Assembly (NCBI GenBank): GCA_951406725.2
Contig: OX597832.1
Span: 18,228,001-18,292,000 of the forward strand
DNA: 64,000 nucleotides
Direction of reading: 5' to 3'
Source of the DNA: Octopus vulgaris
Lineage: Eukaryota
In this document: positions 39,416 through 54,100 of the stretch, piece after piece
How the letters are laid out: each line of letters opens with the position of its first letter
Numbering within the stretch: the first letter of the stretch is position 1
Notes under the pieces: generated by a model
The model's input: the letters and a program-made list of their open reading frames with translations, nothing else
Told to the model about the DNA's origin: nothing
Databases searched by the model: none
Translations under genes and position numbers: made by a program

Positions 39416-40529
39416 TAAGGGAAACGTTCAATGACAAAAACCAGCAATAAATATAATGTATCTACGTATTATACAAAACAGTATTCGAAATAGAACTCTG
39501 GAATGAATGAATTGTATGTCTTCAGCTTAGAAGAGTTACTGGAGTCCAAATATGTGTAGAAACGCATATGATAGAGTCAATATTAAGGTTATATATGTCT
39601 AAAAAGTATCTAAAGCACAAAAAAAAACAAAACAATATTGCTTGTGCTACAAATGCAATGCTCTTCTAAAAAAAAATAACTGATCTTCATTACACTGTAA
39701 TCTACAATCCTAAACTTAATTGATAGCTTACTTATTATGTAAGTGTATTATATCTTTATGAAGTCACATTTAGCTTATTTCAGAAGTTAGCCAGAGAAAA
39801 TTAAGATCTTCAAAACATTGAATTGCAACGTTGGATGACCCTTATCCGTTGAGAAATATGTCCTCAACTTTTAAATTCTGCAATGTATATTTACGCACCA
39901 TGCAGCGTTCACCAAATTTCTCCAAATTTTCAAATCTCTATCAAATGCATGGTCATTATGCGCTATACTCATGTCTGGGTGAGGCATTATTCCTCCACCT
40001 AAACATACTTAAACGTTAACACGGAGATTCCTGCCACGCTTAGAAGTGAAATTTGCCAAATCAGAGAATCGTGTTGATATTTACTTTTGATTTATCTAAA
40101 ACTTTGTGGCATTTTCAAATTAAAATCTTTCATTTTTGTTACAATTATATGTGCGCGCTTAATTTAATCCGTTTAAAATAGCTACTGATCTACAATTATA
40201 ATTCAACTTAATTCTCTTTTCATTTAAAAATCATTAATCCATTGGATGTTCTTTATAGCATTATAGGATATTCTAAGGTCTTCTTTGAAATTTAAATTCC
40301 TGTGAAATCTATAGAAGATCCATGGTTAATGCTTCTAGTTAAATTAATTAATATATCGGCACCATTCAAAGTAATAACAGCTATAAATTTTCAGCTGTGT
40401 TGTTGCAAAGACTATGACATACTATAAAGCTATTAAATTCACTTCAGAATAAAATCCAAACGCTATAGAATTATCAAATTCGGGAGACCTGATATTTCTC
40501 CGACCACTAGGAAGATGATGAAAATATAA

Positions 40530-40566
<37 letters not shown>

Positions 40567-40867
40567 GAGAGAGAGAGAGAAATATAAATATACATGCATA
40601 TATAATCACAGAAATATAAATATACATACATATATATATATATATGTGCGTGTGTAAATCATTGCCTATTTATATGTATAAATATATGTGTTTAAATATA
40701 TATATTATATGTATATAAACATGTATATATATGCATATATATACATATATAAATGTATGTATGTATATATATATATATATATACATATAAATTGATACGT
40801 ATATATATACACACAACAATATATTATATTGTATATATATATATATATATATATAAACACACACAAT

Positions 40868-40911
<44 letters not shown>

Positions 40912-41225
40912 GAAGCTAAACTGAGGTTAATATGGTAGTATGTACATATGTCCCAGCTCTGTGTGTACGGACGAATGTCAAAGTGCATAGGTGAGCGGGG
41001 GCGCGCATGCAGTTGCAAAACTTACATTAAGTTCATTTTTTATGACTATGTGAAAGAGAAAGCATGCACAAATATATGAGTAAAAAATATATCATAACCA
41101 CTTTTATATTATACAATCGTATATGAAAGCAGCTGTTGCTGCAGCTGTTAGAGGCGTTCTTTTCTAACAATGACCAGCGGTCTTTAAAAACGAGGCGAAA
41201 ACGCGGCTTATTACAAATATGTGTA

Positions 41226-41348
<123 letters not shown>

Positions 41349-41436
41349 CATATTTATGTGTCCATAGGTATATATATTTATATGTATTTATACATATGAA
41401 GATATATATATATATATATATATATACAGATATAGC

Positions 41437-41488
<52 letters not shown>

Positions 41489-41508
41489 ATATCCAGATAT
41501 GTGCAGGC

Positions 41509-41547
<39 letters not shown>

Positions 41548-41798
41548 AATGAATGTGTGTATATGTATATATAAATACAAATATCTGTGTGTGTGTATAC
41601 ATGAATATGAATATAACTATATATGCGTGTTTTTTTGTGTGTTCGTGTGTGTATTATGTATGTGAGTGTCTGTGTGCTCGTGTCTGTGTATTTTAAAATA
41701 TGAATATGAACCCGTAGTTGCCCCTATGCATAATATGTACCAAACTGTATGAGCCTCAGTGTACACACGAACGTGCATACATGTGTATATATATATGC

Positions 41799-41833
<35 letters not shown>

Positions 41834-41911
41834 CGTGCATCATGCTTAATATGAACAAAGACTTACATTCCAATATTTACTCTATTCCCTGTATTCACAC
41901 GGAATATGCTT

Positions 41912-42002
<91 letters not shown>

Positions 42003-42100
42003 CGTTTGTGCGTGTGTTTGTGTGTTTGTGTTAAATATAATCACAGTGAAGTTCGTGTGTAAATATATATATATATATATATATACATATACACCTACAA

Positions 42101-42143
<43 letters not shown>

Positions 42144-42154
42144 AATATACAGGC

Positions 42155-42199
<45 letters not shown>

Positions 42200-42391
42200 C
42201 ATATATGTATTCATATATCGGAAATTTTGTGCGTGCATTGAATAATAATTACATGTTGGTTGGTGTGTCTATAGAAAGCACCTATTTGTATATACACAAG
42301 CACACACACACACAATCAGAAGTAAATATATGTCTGTGTATGTATACGTATGTGTGAGTTGTCGTGTCTGTTTAAGAGTGTTTGGTTATAC

Positions 42392-42458
<67 letters not shown>

Positions 42459-43014
42459 AATATATATATATAGATATATATATACGTGTGTTTGTTTCTA
42501 TGTATGTGTGTGAATGCGCCTGTGTATATATATATTCATATTTACGCACATAAACGTACTATTGTACGCTAATGCGAACCCTTTCTCGAACGTAAAAAAT
42601 GCAAATATGTCTGTGTGTCTATATTAGTGTGTGTATGTGTGATAATTTAAGAAAGGTTGTGTAATGAGTGTAATAGAGTCCCTTTTTAACCCTGGAAGTG
42701 TATGTAATTCTGCATCTCAGTTTATTTATTCATTTTCGCTTTATATATTTCTGTTTTTTTCTGTAAAGGAAAATAATTATTCATATACAAAAAAATATTG
42801 ATTAATACATAAGTATTATTATGTTATATATCAATATACATACTGATGGATAATGAAAAACGAGCGCACCCTGGACAATTAATTACGCGAATTCACACAC
42901 ATTCAAGCAAACGAAGCTCATATCTATTATCTACCTATGTATTAATCAATGTATAAGCGGAGGTATACTTATGTGTCTGTGTATATGTATGTCTCTCTTT
43001 ATAATTCTATATAC

Positions 43015-43610
<596 letters not shown>

Positions 43611-45121
43611 ACATCTAAAAATCACGTATGGTCACGTATATCCTAAATACATATATATTAAACGTATGATTACGTATACACTATGATTACGTATATACTA
43701 AAAACCACATATGATTACGTATACATACAAACATAGGTATATACAAATATACATGTATATAGATATGTACTCTCTTATATACACAGTTCTATGGCTATAT
43801 CTGTATGTATATCAACTACTCTATATGTGAGTGCTTAATGTCACGTATACGTTTGTTAAGTCAGCGATACAATGACTTACATCTATGAGTGTTGTAATGA
43901 CTTGTATTTTGTATAATTGTCAAACAATAATCATAAGTGTATATGAATATATTTGCATGAGTTCAAACACATAATTGTGTTCAAACTAGGCAATGCATCT
44001 AAGCATATATAACAAGTCTTTTCACATTTTCATAGTCACAAACATTCCTAGCTCCGCCCAACTGTACACAAAGAAACCACATAAAATCCGCCCCACCTAC
44101 AACGCTCTCACATTCACACACATACATACATACGCACACACACAAACATTCATATATACACACACATATACATTCATACACACACACACAGATATAAATG
44201 ATCTGTAGTATTGTGACAGATCATTTTGGGTTAAATTAGGAATATATTATGATTTATAAGCGAAATAAACATACTTTTAACGTACTTATAGAAGGACACC
44301 CTTTCCTCTAAATCCTGGGACAATTTGTTGTAAATTCCGCGATGATAGAGATCGCGAAATACTTGGCGTTATTTTAGATCTTTGTCTCTTCAAGTATATT
44401 GCCTACGATATTTCTATAGTTTGTTTAGCCATCAAGGACTTTCTCGTTTCTTTTCTCCTTCATTTCGTCTGTATGGCCAAAATAGTGTCTCATTTATAAG
44501 TAAAATAACCAGGTCATAGACTTGAATCCAAATATCGTTAAGAATTAGAAATTTTGGAACAAATGTCAGAGTCCAGGAGAAAGTGAAAGAATTTTCGTAT
44601 AACATAACTTAAGATTCTTCATGTGCCAAAGCTAAATCATTGCACTTGAAATTATAAGAATAACATGCTTTATTTCTCCATATTCATATCTTTATTGTTA
44701 TTGCATTCCGTTAATTTCAATTATTATAAATGTCTGGCGTGTATATCTTTTAAATAGTTTTACACGCGAATATGTAATACATGCACACTTTACCGCGGAA
44801 TATATACGTTCAAGCATACATATATATATATATGCATGTATATGTATATAACAAAACTTTTAGTTCAGATCAAATATGTACCACTATGTGTGTGGGCACG
44901 CGTGCAAGTTTTTGCGTACTTACTGTAAACATGGTTTTTACTGTAACCTCGTATTTCAAATATTTCTGGATGAGGACATCTTAGGAGCAATGTTTTATAT
45001 CATGTTTATAAAGGTATCAATGTTTTGAATGCGCAGGATAGCATTGCTAAATTGAGTTCGCATTGCCAATTAAGCTGTCTTCTTTTAATCTCAGTCTTCC
45101 AATATTTTGTTCAACAGAAAC

Positions 45122-45313
45122 AGGCGTAGGAGTGGCTGTGTGGTAAGTAGCTTGTTTACCAACCACATGGCTCGGTTTGAGTCCCACTGCGTGGCACCTT
45201 GGGTAAAGTGTCTTCTACTATAGCTCCGGGCCGACCAATGCCTTGTGAGTGGATTTGGTAGACAGAAACTGAAAGAAGCCCGTCGTATATATGTATATAT
45301 ATATGTATATATG

Positions 45314-45366
<53 letters not shown>

Positions 45367-45615
45367 GTATATGTATAAATATATGTGTGTGTGTATATGT
45401 TTGTGTGTCTGTGTTTGTCTCCCCAACATCGCTTGACAACCGATGCTGGTGTGTTTATGTCTCTGTAACTTAGCGGTTCGGAAAAAGGGACCGATAGAAT
45501 AAGTACTACGCTTACAAAGAATAAGTCCTGGGGTCGATTCGCTCGAATAAAGGCGGTGCTCCAGCATGGCCACAGTCAAATGACTGAAACAAGTAAAAGA
45601 ATAAAATAATAAAAA
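45122..45615 (+). mobile_element. SINE family A
   Basis: Full head, internal microsatellite and tail. Confidence 0.9.
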
Positions 45616-46145
45616 GAAACAGATATGTTGGTTGTGACATTTTCATTTGTTTATGGCGGTATAACAATTAGCTTGAAGGTATTCAATAATCCGTGTGTGT
45701 ACTTATCTGATGATACATCCAATGTATATCGGGTGGTTGGACAAGGCATATTCTCCATTGTTTTGTCGTTTTCCCGTTTTAGTTAAGACCCTTCTTGTCA
45801 TATTAGCTGTAACCTGATCATATTTCTTCTTCCTAAATAATTTGGTTTTAGATTATATGCAGGTTTCACATTTGGAGAGTCAACTTGTATGAAGATGAAA
45901 TATATACATCCATATACCGCATCGATTTTTGGATATAACAATTGAGCTTCCAGGGATTTAACAAATAATAGGAATGTTACTCTCCTGTCCTATGCCTCCG
46001 TTCGACAATTTGCTATGTTGTCGAACTTCCGACGAACAAATTTCTCGCAAGCATTATGTTACTCAGTAGTTTTATACCTAAGGTATCGTTCATTATTTAC
46101 ATTATTTATATTTGACGGATATTTATCCTCCTCTTCTTTATTGTT

Positions 46146-46191
46146 AACATAACGTTTCGGTTGATATACCCTCCAGCCTTCATCAGGTGTC
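46146..46191 (-). ncRNA. type I hammerhead ribozyme motif (left arm)
   Basis: GACAC-CTGATGA-A-GGCTG-gagggtatat-CAACC-GAAA-C-GTT-ATGTT; one stem II mismatch. Confidence 0.7.
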
Positions 46192-46256
46192 TTGGGGGAA
46201 ATTTCGAACCTGGGTTCGCATTCGTAAGGTATTTTTCGATGTTGCTGTTGTTGTTG

Positions 46257-46311
<55 letters not shown>

Positions 46312-46337
46312 TGTTGTTGTTATTATTATTCAGGTCA

Positions 46338-46405
46338 CTGCCTGGAATCGAACTCAGAATCTTGGAGTTAATGGCCCGCGTTCTTAACCACTACGCCAAA
46401 TGCCC
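46338..46405 (-). promoter_or_regulatory. tRNA-derived internal Pol III promoter (A and B boxes)
   Basis: GGGCATTTGGCGTAGTGGTTAAGAACGCGGGCCATTAACTCCAAGATTCTGAGTTCGATTCCAGGC: A box TGGCGTAGTGG, B box GTTCGATTCC at tRNA-like spacing. Confidence 0.8.
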
Positions 46406-46502
46406 GAGTGCGATTCCAGGCTGTGACCTGAATATTAATAACAACAATAAAAACATCGAAAAATACATTAGGAACCAGAACCCAGGTCTGAATTTTTCCC
46501 AA

Positions 46503-46548
46503 GACACCTGATGAAGGCTGGAGGGTATATCAGCCGAAACGTTATGTT
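46503..46548 (+). ncRNA. type I hammerhead ribozyme motif (right arm), intact core
   Basis: GACAC-CTGATGA-A-GGCTG-gagggtatat-CAGCC-GAAA-C-GTT-ATGTT; perfect 5-bp stem II, palindromic AACGTT stem III, C.A mismatch at the base of stem I. Confidence 0.78.
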
Positions 46549-46753
46549 AACAACAAACAAAATGAGGACAAATACCCGTCAAATGTAAATAATGTAAAAA
46601 ATGTACATAATTCCTCTTCTCTTAAATATAGAACTATATTACGGTGTCGTTGTACGAAAATACGCTCACGTTCGCTGGGATTTGGCTAGTATTCGATACA
46701 CATGCTTCACTAAGGACTTGAATGTGTACTGCCGTTCATGTTGTCTATTTTGT

Positions 46754-46919
46754 AGGCGTAGGAGTGGCTGTGTGATATGTAGCATGCTTATGAACCACAT
46801 GGTTCCGGGTTCAGTCCCACTGCGTGGCACCTTGGACAAGTGTCATCTGCTATAACCGCGGGCCGACCAAAGCCTTGTGAGTGGATTTGGTAGACGGAAA
46901 CTGAAAGAAGCCCGTTGTA

Positions 46920-47018
<99 letters not shown>

Positions 47019-47103
47019 GTATGTATGTATGTGTTTTTGTGTCCGTGTTTGTCCCCCAACATCGCTTGACAATTGATGACTAAAACGAGTAAAAGAGTAA
47101 GAG
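46754..47103 (+). mobile_element. SINE family A with 3' internal deletion
   Basis: Typical head and microsatellite; CTTGACAATTGATG joins ACTAAAACGAGTAAAAGAG. Confidence 0.88.
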
Positions 47104-48159
47104 TTAAGTGTGAGCTAGTTTGTTTTCGGAAATGTCTTTATCGTCTTTTTCTTTTTTCAATTTATGCAATTTAATTACTTGTACCATTGTTGTTTTATAC
47201 ACCTTTTGTTTAATTGGTCTGTCTTTTTCGTCAGTTCTGTATAGATATTTTACTGGCTGCAATTCCCAGTTCAAGTCGAGCCTTTAGAATCTTAGTACCA
47301 TACGGTTAAGTGAAACTTAGTTTAATAAAACTCACTACAAGTCTATAATATACCTCAGCATAGCATAAACTTGCAAACTTTTCTATCAAATTAACTCTGA
47401 CTACGAAGTCGTTTATAATTGAAAAGTACTAAGAAAACTCATGGCAAATATTTGGCGCGTTTGACGAGTTTAGTATTGTATAATACTGCTACAAGTTATT
47501 ATTTTTACCATACTTGTTTGGCAGAGACAGGTGACTATGTTAGCAGTAGTGTCTATCTGGTACTTTTTATTTCTCGACCAAGATGTAACGAAATACAACT
47601 TTGGTGTTTGTAGGATTTGAACTCATAAGCCTAAGTAGCTACCCTCTAAAGATTGTGCCAACGAAACCTTCTAACAATAGTACTAATATTCGGCTCATGC
47701 GCATAAAATCATATGACCTGGAATGTGTATATAGCCAAAATTGTTTATCGTTTCCGTTGAAATATATCTTTACATAATTTCGTGTGCATTCATTTATGCG
47801 TATATAACTGTTTAATTCACGACTTTGAGCTTATATACCCGCCTTATTCCGCCCACATTCACATAAACATACATACAGAAACTAAATATTAAAACTGATA
47901 CAATTCAAAATGCGTTGCGTTGCTGAAACTAGAAACGTATGCTAAAATATATAATTATACATACATTCATATTTTATTATGTATAATATATTCTCATGAT
48001 TAGATTGATAAATATCCCATTTACGCTTCAGTGTTTCAAATTTCATTCAATGATTATCCACACAGAGGAGGGTGTTTCTAAGCTCTCCACACACTGACTT
48101 ATTCTAAGAAAACTGTCTTTATCCTACCGAAAATAATTTCATGCTCGCTAAATAATTAT

Positions 48160-48620
48160 TTCTACTCCTGACACAAGGCATTGAAATTGTTTTGGGAAGG
48201 GAGCTTTTCAATTATATCGACCCCTGTGAATAACTGGTACTTTCTTCATCAACCCCGTAAGTAGGAAAGGCAAAGTTGACCTCGGCGGAATTTTAACTCA
48301 GAACTTAGCGGCAGACGAAATGCCCGCTAAATAATTACGTCTTATTTATAATTATATAATATAATTATATTATTTATAATAATTACGTCATGAGATTCAA
48401 TATGTAAGTTAAAAATAAGGCGGCAAAATCTTTAGCACGACGGACAGAGTGCTTTCTGTCATTTCGTCCATCTTCACGTATTGAGTTCAAATTCCGTTGC
48501 GGTCGACTTTGCCTTTCATCTCTTTTAGTGGTCGATAAAATAAGTACCAGCTGAGCATTAGTTTCGATGTACTTGACATTCTCCTTGCTCTAAATCGCTT
48601 GCCTTGTACCAAAATTTGAT
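48160..48620. mobile_element. head-to-head pair of degenerate SINE family C (- 48160-48330; + 48418-48620)
   Basis: Family C motifs in opposite orientations. Confidence 0.75.
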
Positions 48621-49309
48621 TAATATGTACTGAGGGAAAAAAAGCAAGCCCTGTCAGGTAGAGGTGCCTAGCTGAATAGTGTATTGCAGATTTTATTTCA
48701 TATTACATTAGTCCTATTATAATATTTTGATTCTGAACTTCATACATGTGGAATATACGAAGAGATCATTCAGAAAATGAAATTAACACGAAACTGATAA
48801 CGTCATCGAAAAAGTTAAGAAAAGACATCCATGTTTTTATTTTCTTTCTTATACAACACGAAGAACTTTCAGTCAAAATTTCTTTTATTAGTGGTCTTTA
48901 TTTTAAATTAATGCTATTTTTTATTGTATCTAGAATAATCAAACCAAATCAGTTCAAACGTAAATAATATGAACTGGTGATAATTATGATGTTATTACCA
49001 TATTTATCTACTTATTTTTGTATTTATTTTGTAGAGGGAAGACGAGGAACAATGTTGCCGATGATACGTTAAACTTCACCTACTTGGAAAAGGGATCAAA
49101 ACTGAAAAATATAGCGCAAGACAGAAGAATTCTTTTCATTCGTCACATGGTATTAGACTTACTAAAATTAACAGCTTGACTTTCTCTTCATTAAATCCAC
49201 CACTCCAAATTACAACAGCTCCAGCACCTCCCTCAGCACGAAAAATATCAACTACTCCAGAATACAAAACATGAAAAGTATAATGCAAATACTAACGGTG
49301 TTAAAATTA

Positions 49310-49990
49310 TGCCTCTGTTACAAATACCATCACAGAGGCAGATTTCTTAGTCTCAAACACAGTGAAATGGACGTCAGAAGGGCTGCACGCAATCACTCGA
49401 GAAATTCTGCGATTCACCTCAGCGTCCACAGTGGACTTCTCGTTCACAAATATGGGAGATTTTCTTGCAACTTGATGCTTGAGGAATGACAGAAGCTTTA
49501 GGCATCTCTCTGCTCTGATTGCTTTGGCGTTGGCTGTTAGGAGGTGATAGCGCCGTTGAATATATCTAGTCATGCCATGGTTCCTGTTCACAATGCTGGA
49601 TACCGTTACATTGCAAGAGTTGTTATGAATGTGGCTGGGTTGGCCTCAAATTTTGGATTACATTTGAAATCACTTCGAGTCTTGTGTTCGATTCTATCAA
49701 TCTTTCCCTCGTTTTCAAATTGTTTATAAACACGATAAAGCCTCGGTTTGGGAAGTTTCATCAACTTAACAATTTCATCGGCAGTGTGCCTGGCACATGC
49801 CACAGCAGCAATGGCAAAACGCTTCTGTTGTTCCATGGTTTCCTGTTGTCGAATCAGTTCACTATTAACCTGAAAAATAAAGAAGCGGATCACATTTTCA
49901 AGAAATCAAGGTTTAGCCAAAGACTGAAATGTTTAACTCACTAAATCAGCTGCTTAAAATTGGTTTCAATTTATCGACAAGACCCTCTGC
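49310..49990 (-). pseudogene. decayed Tc1/mariner (maT/DD37D-like) element, 5' part
   Basis: ORF track: MEQQKRFAIAAVACARHTADEIVKLMKLPKPRLYRVYKQFENEGKIDR (HTH-like, ATG at 49836) and RRYHLLTANAKAIRAERCLKLL..FVNEK..EVNRRISR..TKKSASVMVF; TIR-like end GGTTTCAATTTATCGACAAGACCCTCTG near 49990. Confidence 0.8.
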
Positions 49991-49999
49991 GTGTGTGTA

Positions 50000-50043
<44 letters not shown>

Positions 50044-50332
50044 AATTCAATAATTAAGGGTAAAATCAATTAGTTATTAATTAATTTCACCAAGTAGTGT
50101 TCAGTATGTAAAAGGACCATTCAAGGCGTATTCAAAATATTACTTTATATAATTAAGGGCTCAGTAAAATAATTTACTTTGCCACATACTGAAATTTTTA
50201 GAAATAGCAGCCAAAAAGTTTCTCTAGCCATTTCTATTACTTTAAGAAGAATCTCCCTGATAGTGCTTACTCAAAAATAATTCACGTAGATCTGGAGGGA
50301 AAACAACAAAATATCACATGTACAAAGATTAT

Positions 50333-50395
50333 TTGAGGACGCTCACGTTTCTAGATTAGCCGAATTAAAACTCGACATTTCTTTCGTCAGCTCAA
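50333..50395 (-). ncRNA. type I hammerhead ribozyme with GUC triplet and closed stem III
   Basis: Minus strand TTGAG-CTGACGA-A-AGA-aat-GTCGAGT-ttta-ATTCGGC-taa-TCT-A-GAAA-CG-tgag-CG-TC-CTCAA; ~290-nt tail to (TA)n near 50040. Confidence 0.8.
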
Positions 50396-50597
50396 CATTT
50401 CTTGATTTGGATTTGAAACAACTAAAAATAATGAACATACCCATCCGACATGAATCTCCAAACTGGTAGTGCTAGCGAATTCAAACACTAGAAGTAAATA
50501 ATCTATGTATTTCCCCCTTCCATCCACGTGCGTTATCGAGTAAACATGGTTATATATATACAAGAGTGTACGTACGCCGCTATATGGTATATATAAA

Positions 50598-50853
50598 AGA
50601 AAACAAAAAATGGAACAAGACCGCTACAGGCGACAACAAAACATCTGGACAGTTAGACGATACGAAAGAAGGACAGGATGAAACAAGGACGGGTTACTCG
50701 GAGAGCCGGACGAAGATGCTGAGATTATCTGGAACTACTAAGGATAAACAGCTCTAAATGACCCGTCCTTCTTTTTCCTGTGCTTTTTTTATCGTCTAAC
50801 TGTCCGGATGTTTTGATGACACATGTTGCGTTGTTGTTCCATTTTTGTTTTCT
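50598..50853. mobile_element. diverged palindromic element flanked by TA repeats
   Basis: Arms 50598-50706 and 50751-50853 (AAAACATCTGGACAGTTAGACGATA / TATCGTCTAACTGTCCGGATGTTTT; AAGGACGGGT / ACCCGTCCTT). Confidence 0.75.
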
Positions 50854-51141
50854 GATATATATATATTTGTGTGTGTGTGTGTGTATGTGTGTGTGTGTTT
50901 GTGCGTGTGTGTGTGAGTGTGTGTGTATGAATATATGTATCTATAGGCAGACACTTCCGTGAAGTAACATCTACGGAAATGCTGGACTCGGGAGTCCACT
51001 GTTAGCATCAAGGCACCAAAATAAACCCGAAATAATGAATACAAGTTAAGTCTACATTAATTCATATATTTGTTTTCTTGTGATTTATCTTGCATTTACC
51101 TTTGCATCGCTTTGGCCTTTACCCACGGTCATTTATACAAC

Positions 51142-51196
<55 letters not shown>

Positions 51197-54100
51197 TAAT
51201 CTTCTCAGATAAAGATATGCACACAGCTTATTTCAGAGTAATTTTCCTCCTCCGTGTCAGACGTCCACTACGCGTATACAAGCTAAATCTCACAATGTTT
51301 GTGTGTGTGTGTGTGTCACTGATGTTGCAGATAACCAGCAAATATTCTGAGCAGATATATAGACAGAGAGACAAACAGAAAGACAAGAAGCTAGGTTACT
51401 AGATATATGGGTAGGTAGTTACGGAGAAATGCAGGCAGACATAAAGATAGAGAGATTGACAAATCGATATGTTTTTAAACACACGAAAATATACAAAGTT
51501 ACAGATATAAATCGCGGAAAATTCCGCCTCTCGGTCCATAATTGTTTATAGTGACCCTTACATTAATATTCACTTGAGTACACACACAGTGCACACACGC
51601 GTGCCCACAGTAATACACGTGCACACACAGCGATACACGCACATACACATACACACACACACAGATCTACACATATGTAACCTGATCATAGGATGTGAAA
51701 TTGCTAAGTACTTTGATCGGTTAACATGAAAATATAAATTTCAAGTTCCTAAAATTATATGCAAATTTTCCACAGGGTGAAATCACTGACCGTATCCCAA
51801 AATTAGGAGTTATAATTTCAAATATAGAACCGGGGAAACCGTAACTCGAAGGATGCATGTACCACTACGATAAGCACAAACATCACCTCCAGAAACATAG
51901 CCTTAGCCGTAACCTGAAACAGAGAGTGCCACCCTCACCAACATCACCACCAAACTGATGACCCTACTAGAACCGCCATGCCGGCAACAAAATAACTCCT
52001 GCAACCCGATAACTACCATCAGCGCCACCTTCACACCACCAACACAGATACATTATCAGCAGCAACAACAACAACAACGTCGACAGCAACAATAAAACAC
52101 TACCACCACCGCCATCTATAACATTTCCAAATTTTCAGCTCATTATGCATAAAGATTCAATGAAGATGCGATAAATGTTATCATCCATGACGTGCGTTTT
52201 GCCCATTATACGCTCGGAGTTCACTAACGTGCTGAAGGCGGGTAGGTTACAGCGATGAAGTGAGATTTTTAAGATGAAGTGGAAAGGGTAACGAGATGGC
52301 CATCGCGTACAGCTTCAAATATTTTGTGGGTGAAGGGGCTAATGTAGTCTGGGGGAGGTGTAGGGTTCTGTGAAAGTACCAATGTTTGATGTGTTCATTT
52401 TTTTTTTTAACTTTCTGATTTTTCGCTCATTTTTATTTTCATTTTTTCATTTTTATATTTGTCTTTTTTTCATTTTCTACTTTCACTTTCTCTAATATCG
52501 TTTTAATTGTATTTTTTATGTTATTTTATTTTTGCTTTAGTTTTAGAAGTAATTTTATTTTCTTGCTCTTTCAATAAGTATTTGATTTCTACAGCATCAA
52601 CCTCGTCATCGGTGTCTTCGTGGCCGTAGCGGTTGTCGGCGTCCGCCTCCTCCACCTCCATCTCATCCTTATCCTCAGCAGTGGCATCATCACCATCATC
52701 ATCATCAACGTCGTCATTGTCGTCGTTGCCGTCGCCATCGTAATAACCATCACATTATTATTCCTCATTTCTCATCACGATCATATAATTTTTTTTTTAT
52801 TTTACTAATTTAGATGTGTACTTAAACTTCTGCCTCACCTTCAAGTTCAACGTAGTCATCATCATCATTAACGTCACCATCATATTCATCATCACCTTCA
52901 TCATCACCTTCATCATCATCGTCCTCGTCATCATCATCCTCATCGTCGTCGTCGATGTCGTCACCATCATCATCATCATTATCCTCTTAAAGTTCAGTAT
53001 ATTAATCACATTCCCCTACTTGATTATTTTCATTTATTGTTTTCATTAATTCAGCACTTTATGATCTGATTTCAAATCCAGCCAGTGTGGAGACCAGCTT
53101 CTCATTCGAGCTTCTCGCGGACGTGGGGTAGATAAAATAAAATAACATTTAAGTACTGCTTTCCATTATATTCTCTACATAATTATATATTTTAAAATAT
53201 TAAATATCAATATCTTTACTTTGAGAACATCGTTGAAAATAGATTAAATATTAACGAAAAAATTAAAGAAATATATTTTTAACGTTATATCCTTAAACGT
53301 CATAATATTTCGACCGAAATCCTACCCTTATCATTGACAGAAATCAGGGCAGTGATCTCTCAGTGTGTTAGTGTTCAATACACGTAAAGCAGCGTAAATA
53401 CTGTGCATATGAATGAAGTCTGGCGTTTGTGGGATTATATATTCTACTATGTAAATTACTCGGTGTTCCACACCTGTAAAGTGATATATATAACATGATT
53501 GTATGAAGTTTAGAATTTGTGGGGTTATATTGTATTTTTTCGTAAAAGTATTTTAGTGTTAGTTGCTTACGCATTTTGAATATATCCCGAGAAAATTTAA
53601 AGATGAAATGAGGGCAGTATAAGAACGGTTACGAGCGCACAATTTAGCCGAATTGCTCTTGATATTTGTTGTTAATGGTTGCTCCTTTTAATCTGTAGGT
53701 ACACGGTAGTTCAGTTAGCAGCAATGATCAATTTCATTTCATGGATCAAGCATGAATATTTTTTTGTATGGTACGGTGCATGCTCTATAATTGTACTTGA
53801 TTCAGACATATAAAGTTTTCAAAATATCTTGCTGATATAATCATCATCCTCATTTCATGCACCCATATTGATAAGCAACTCTTGTCAGAAGCAAATATCT
53901 TTACAGGTAAGAGAGTATTTTGCTAGGTTCCAGAGATGGTGCGTGAGTAAGGGAGGGTCGTGTTTTCGGCATTTCTCCAAGGAACATCCTGAATGAACTA
54001 CTGGTATATCAGATCACATGCACATAGACTTACATGTAGTATTTCTTTCTCTATAGGTGAACTGTAGGAAATTTTGGATACAGAAAATTGTGACACTTTC

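Larger units (their letters stand above)
46091..46635. mobile_element. palindromic element: tRNA-derived head plus hammerhead-bearing PLE-like tail (candidate Penelope-dependent SINE)
   Basis: Inverted arms 46091-46350 and 46411-46603; central tRNA-like head on minus strand (46405-46338); HHR in each arm; one-sided tail 46604-46635. Confidence 0.8.

Noticed and set aside
39480-39530. CTGAAGA..GAAT motif on minus strand next to (TA)n
   Set aside because: No convincing stem II and GAAA not intact.
45705-45735. CTGATGA followed by TACAT/ATGTA hairpin
   Set aside because: No GAAA or stem III follows.
53298-53339. GTCA-ATGATAA..GAAATATTA-TGAC (minus) HHR-like
   Set aside because: Two core substitutions and poor stem II; not listed as a feature.
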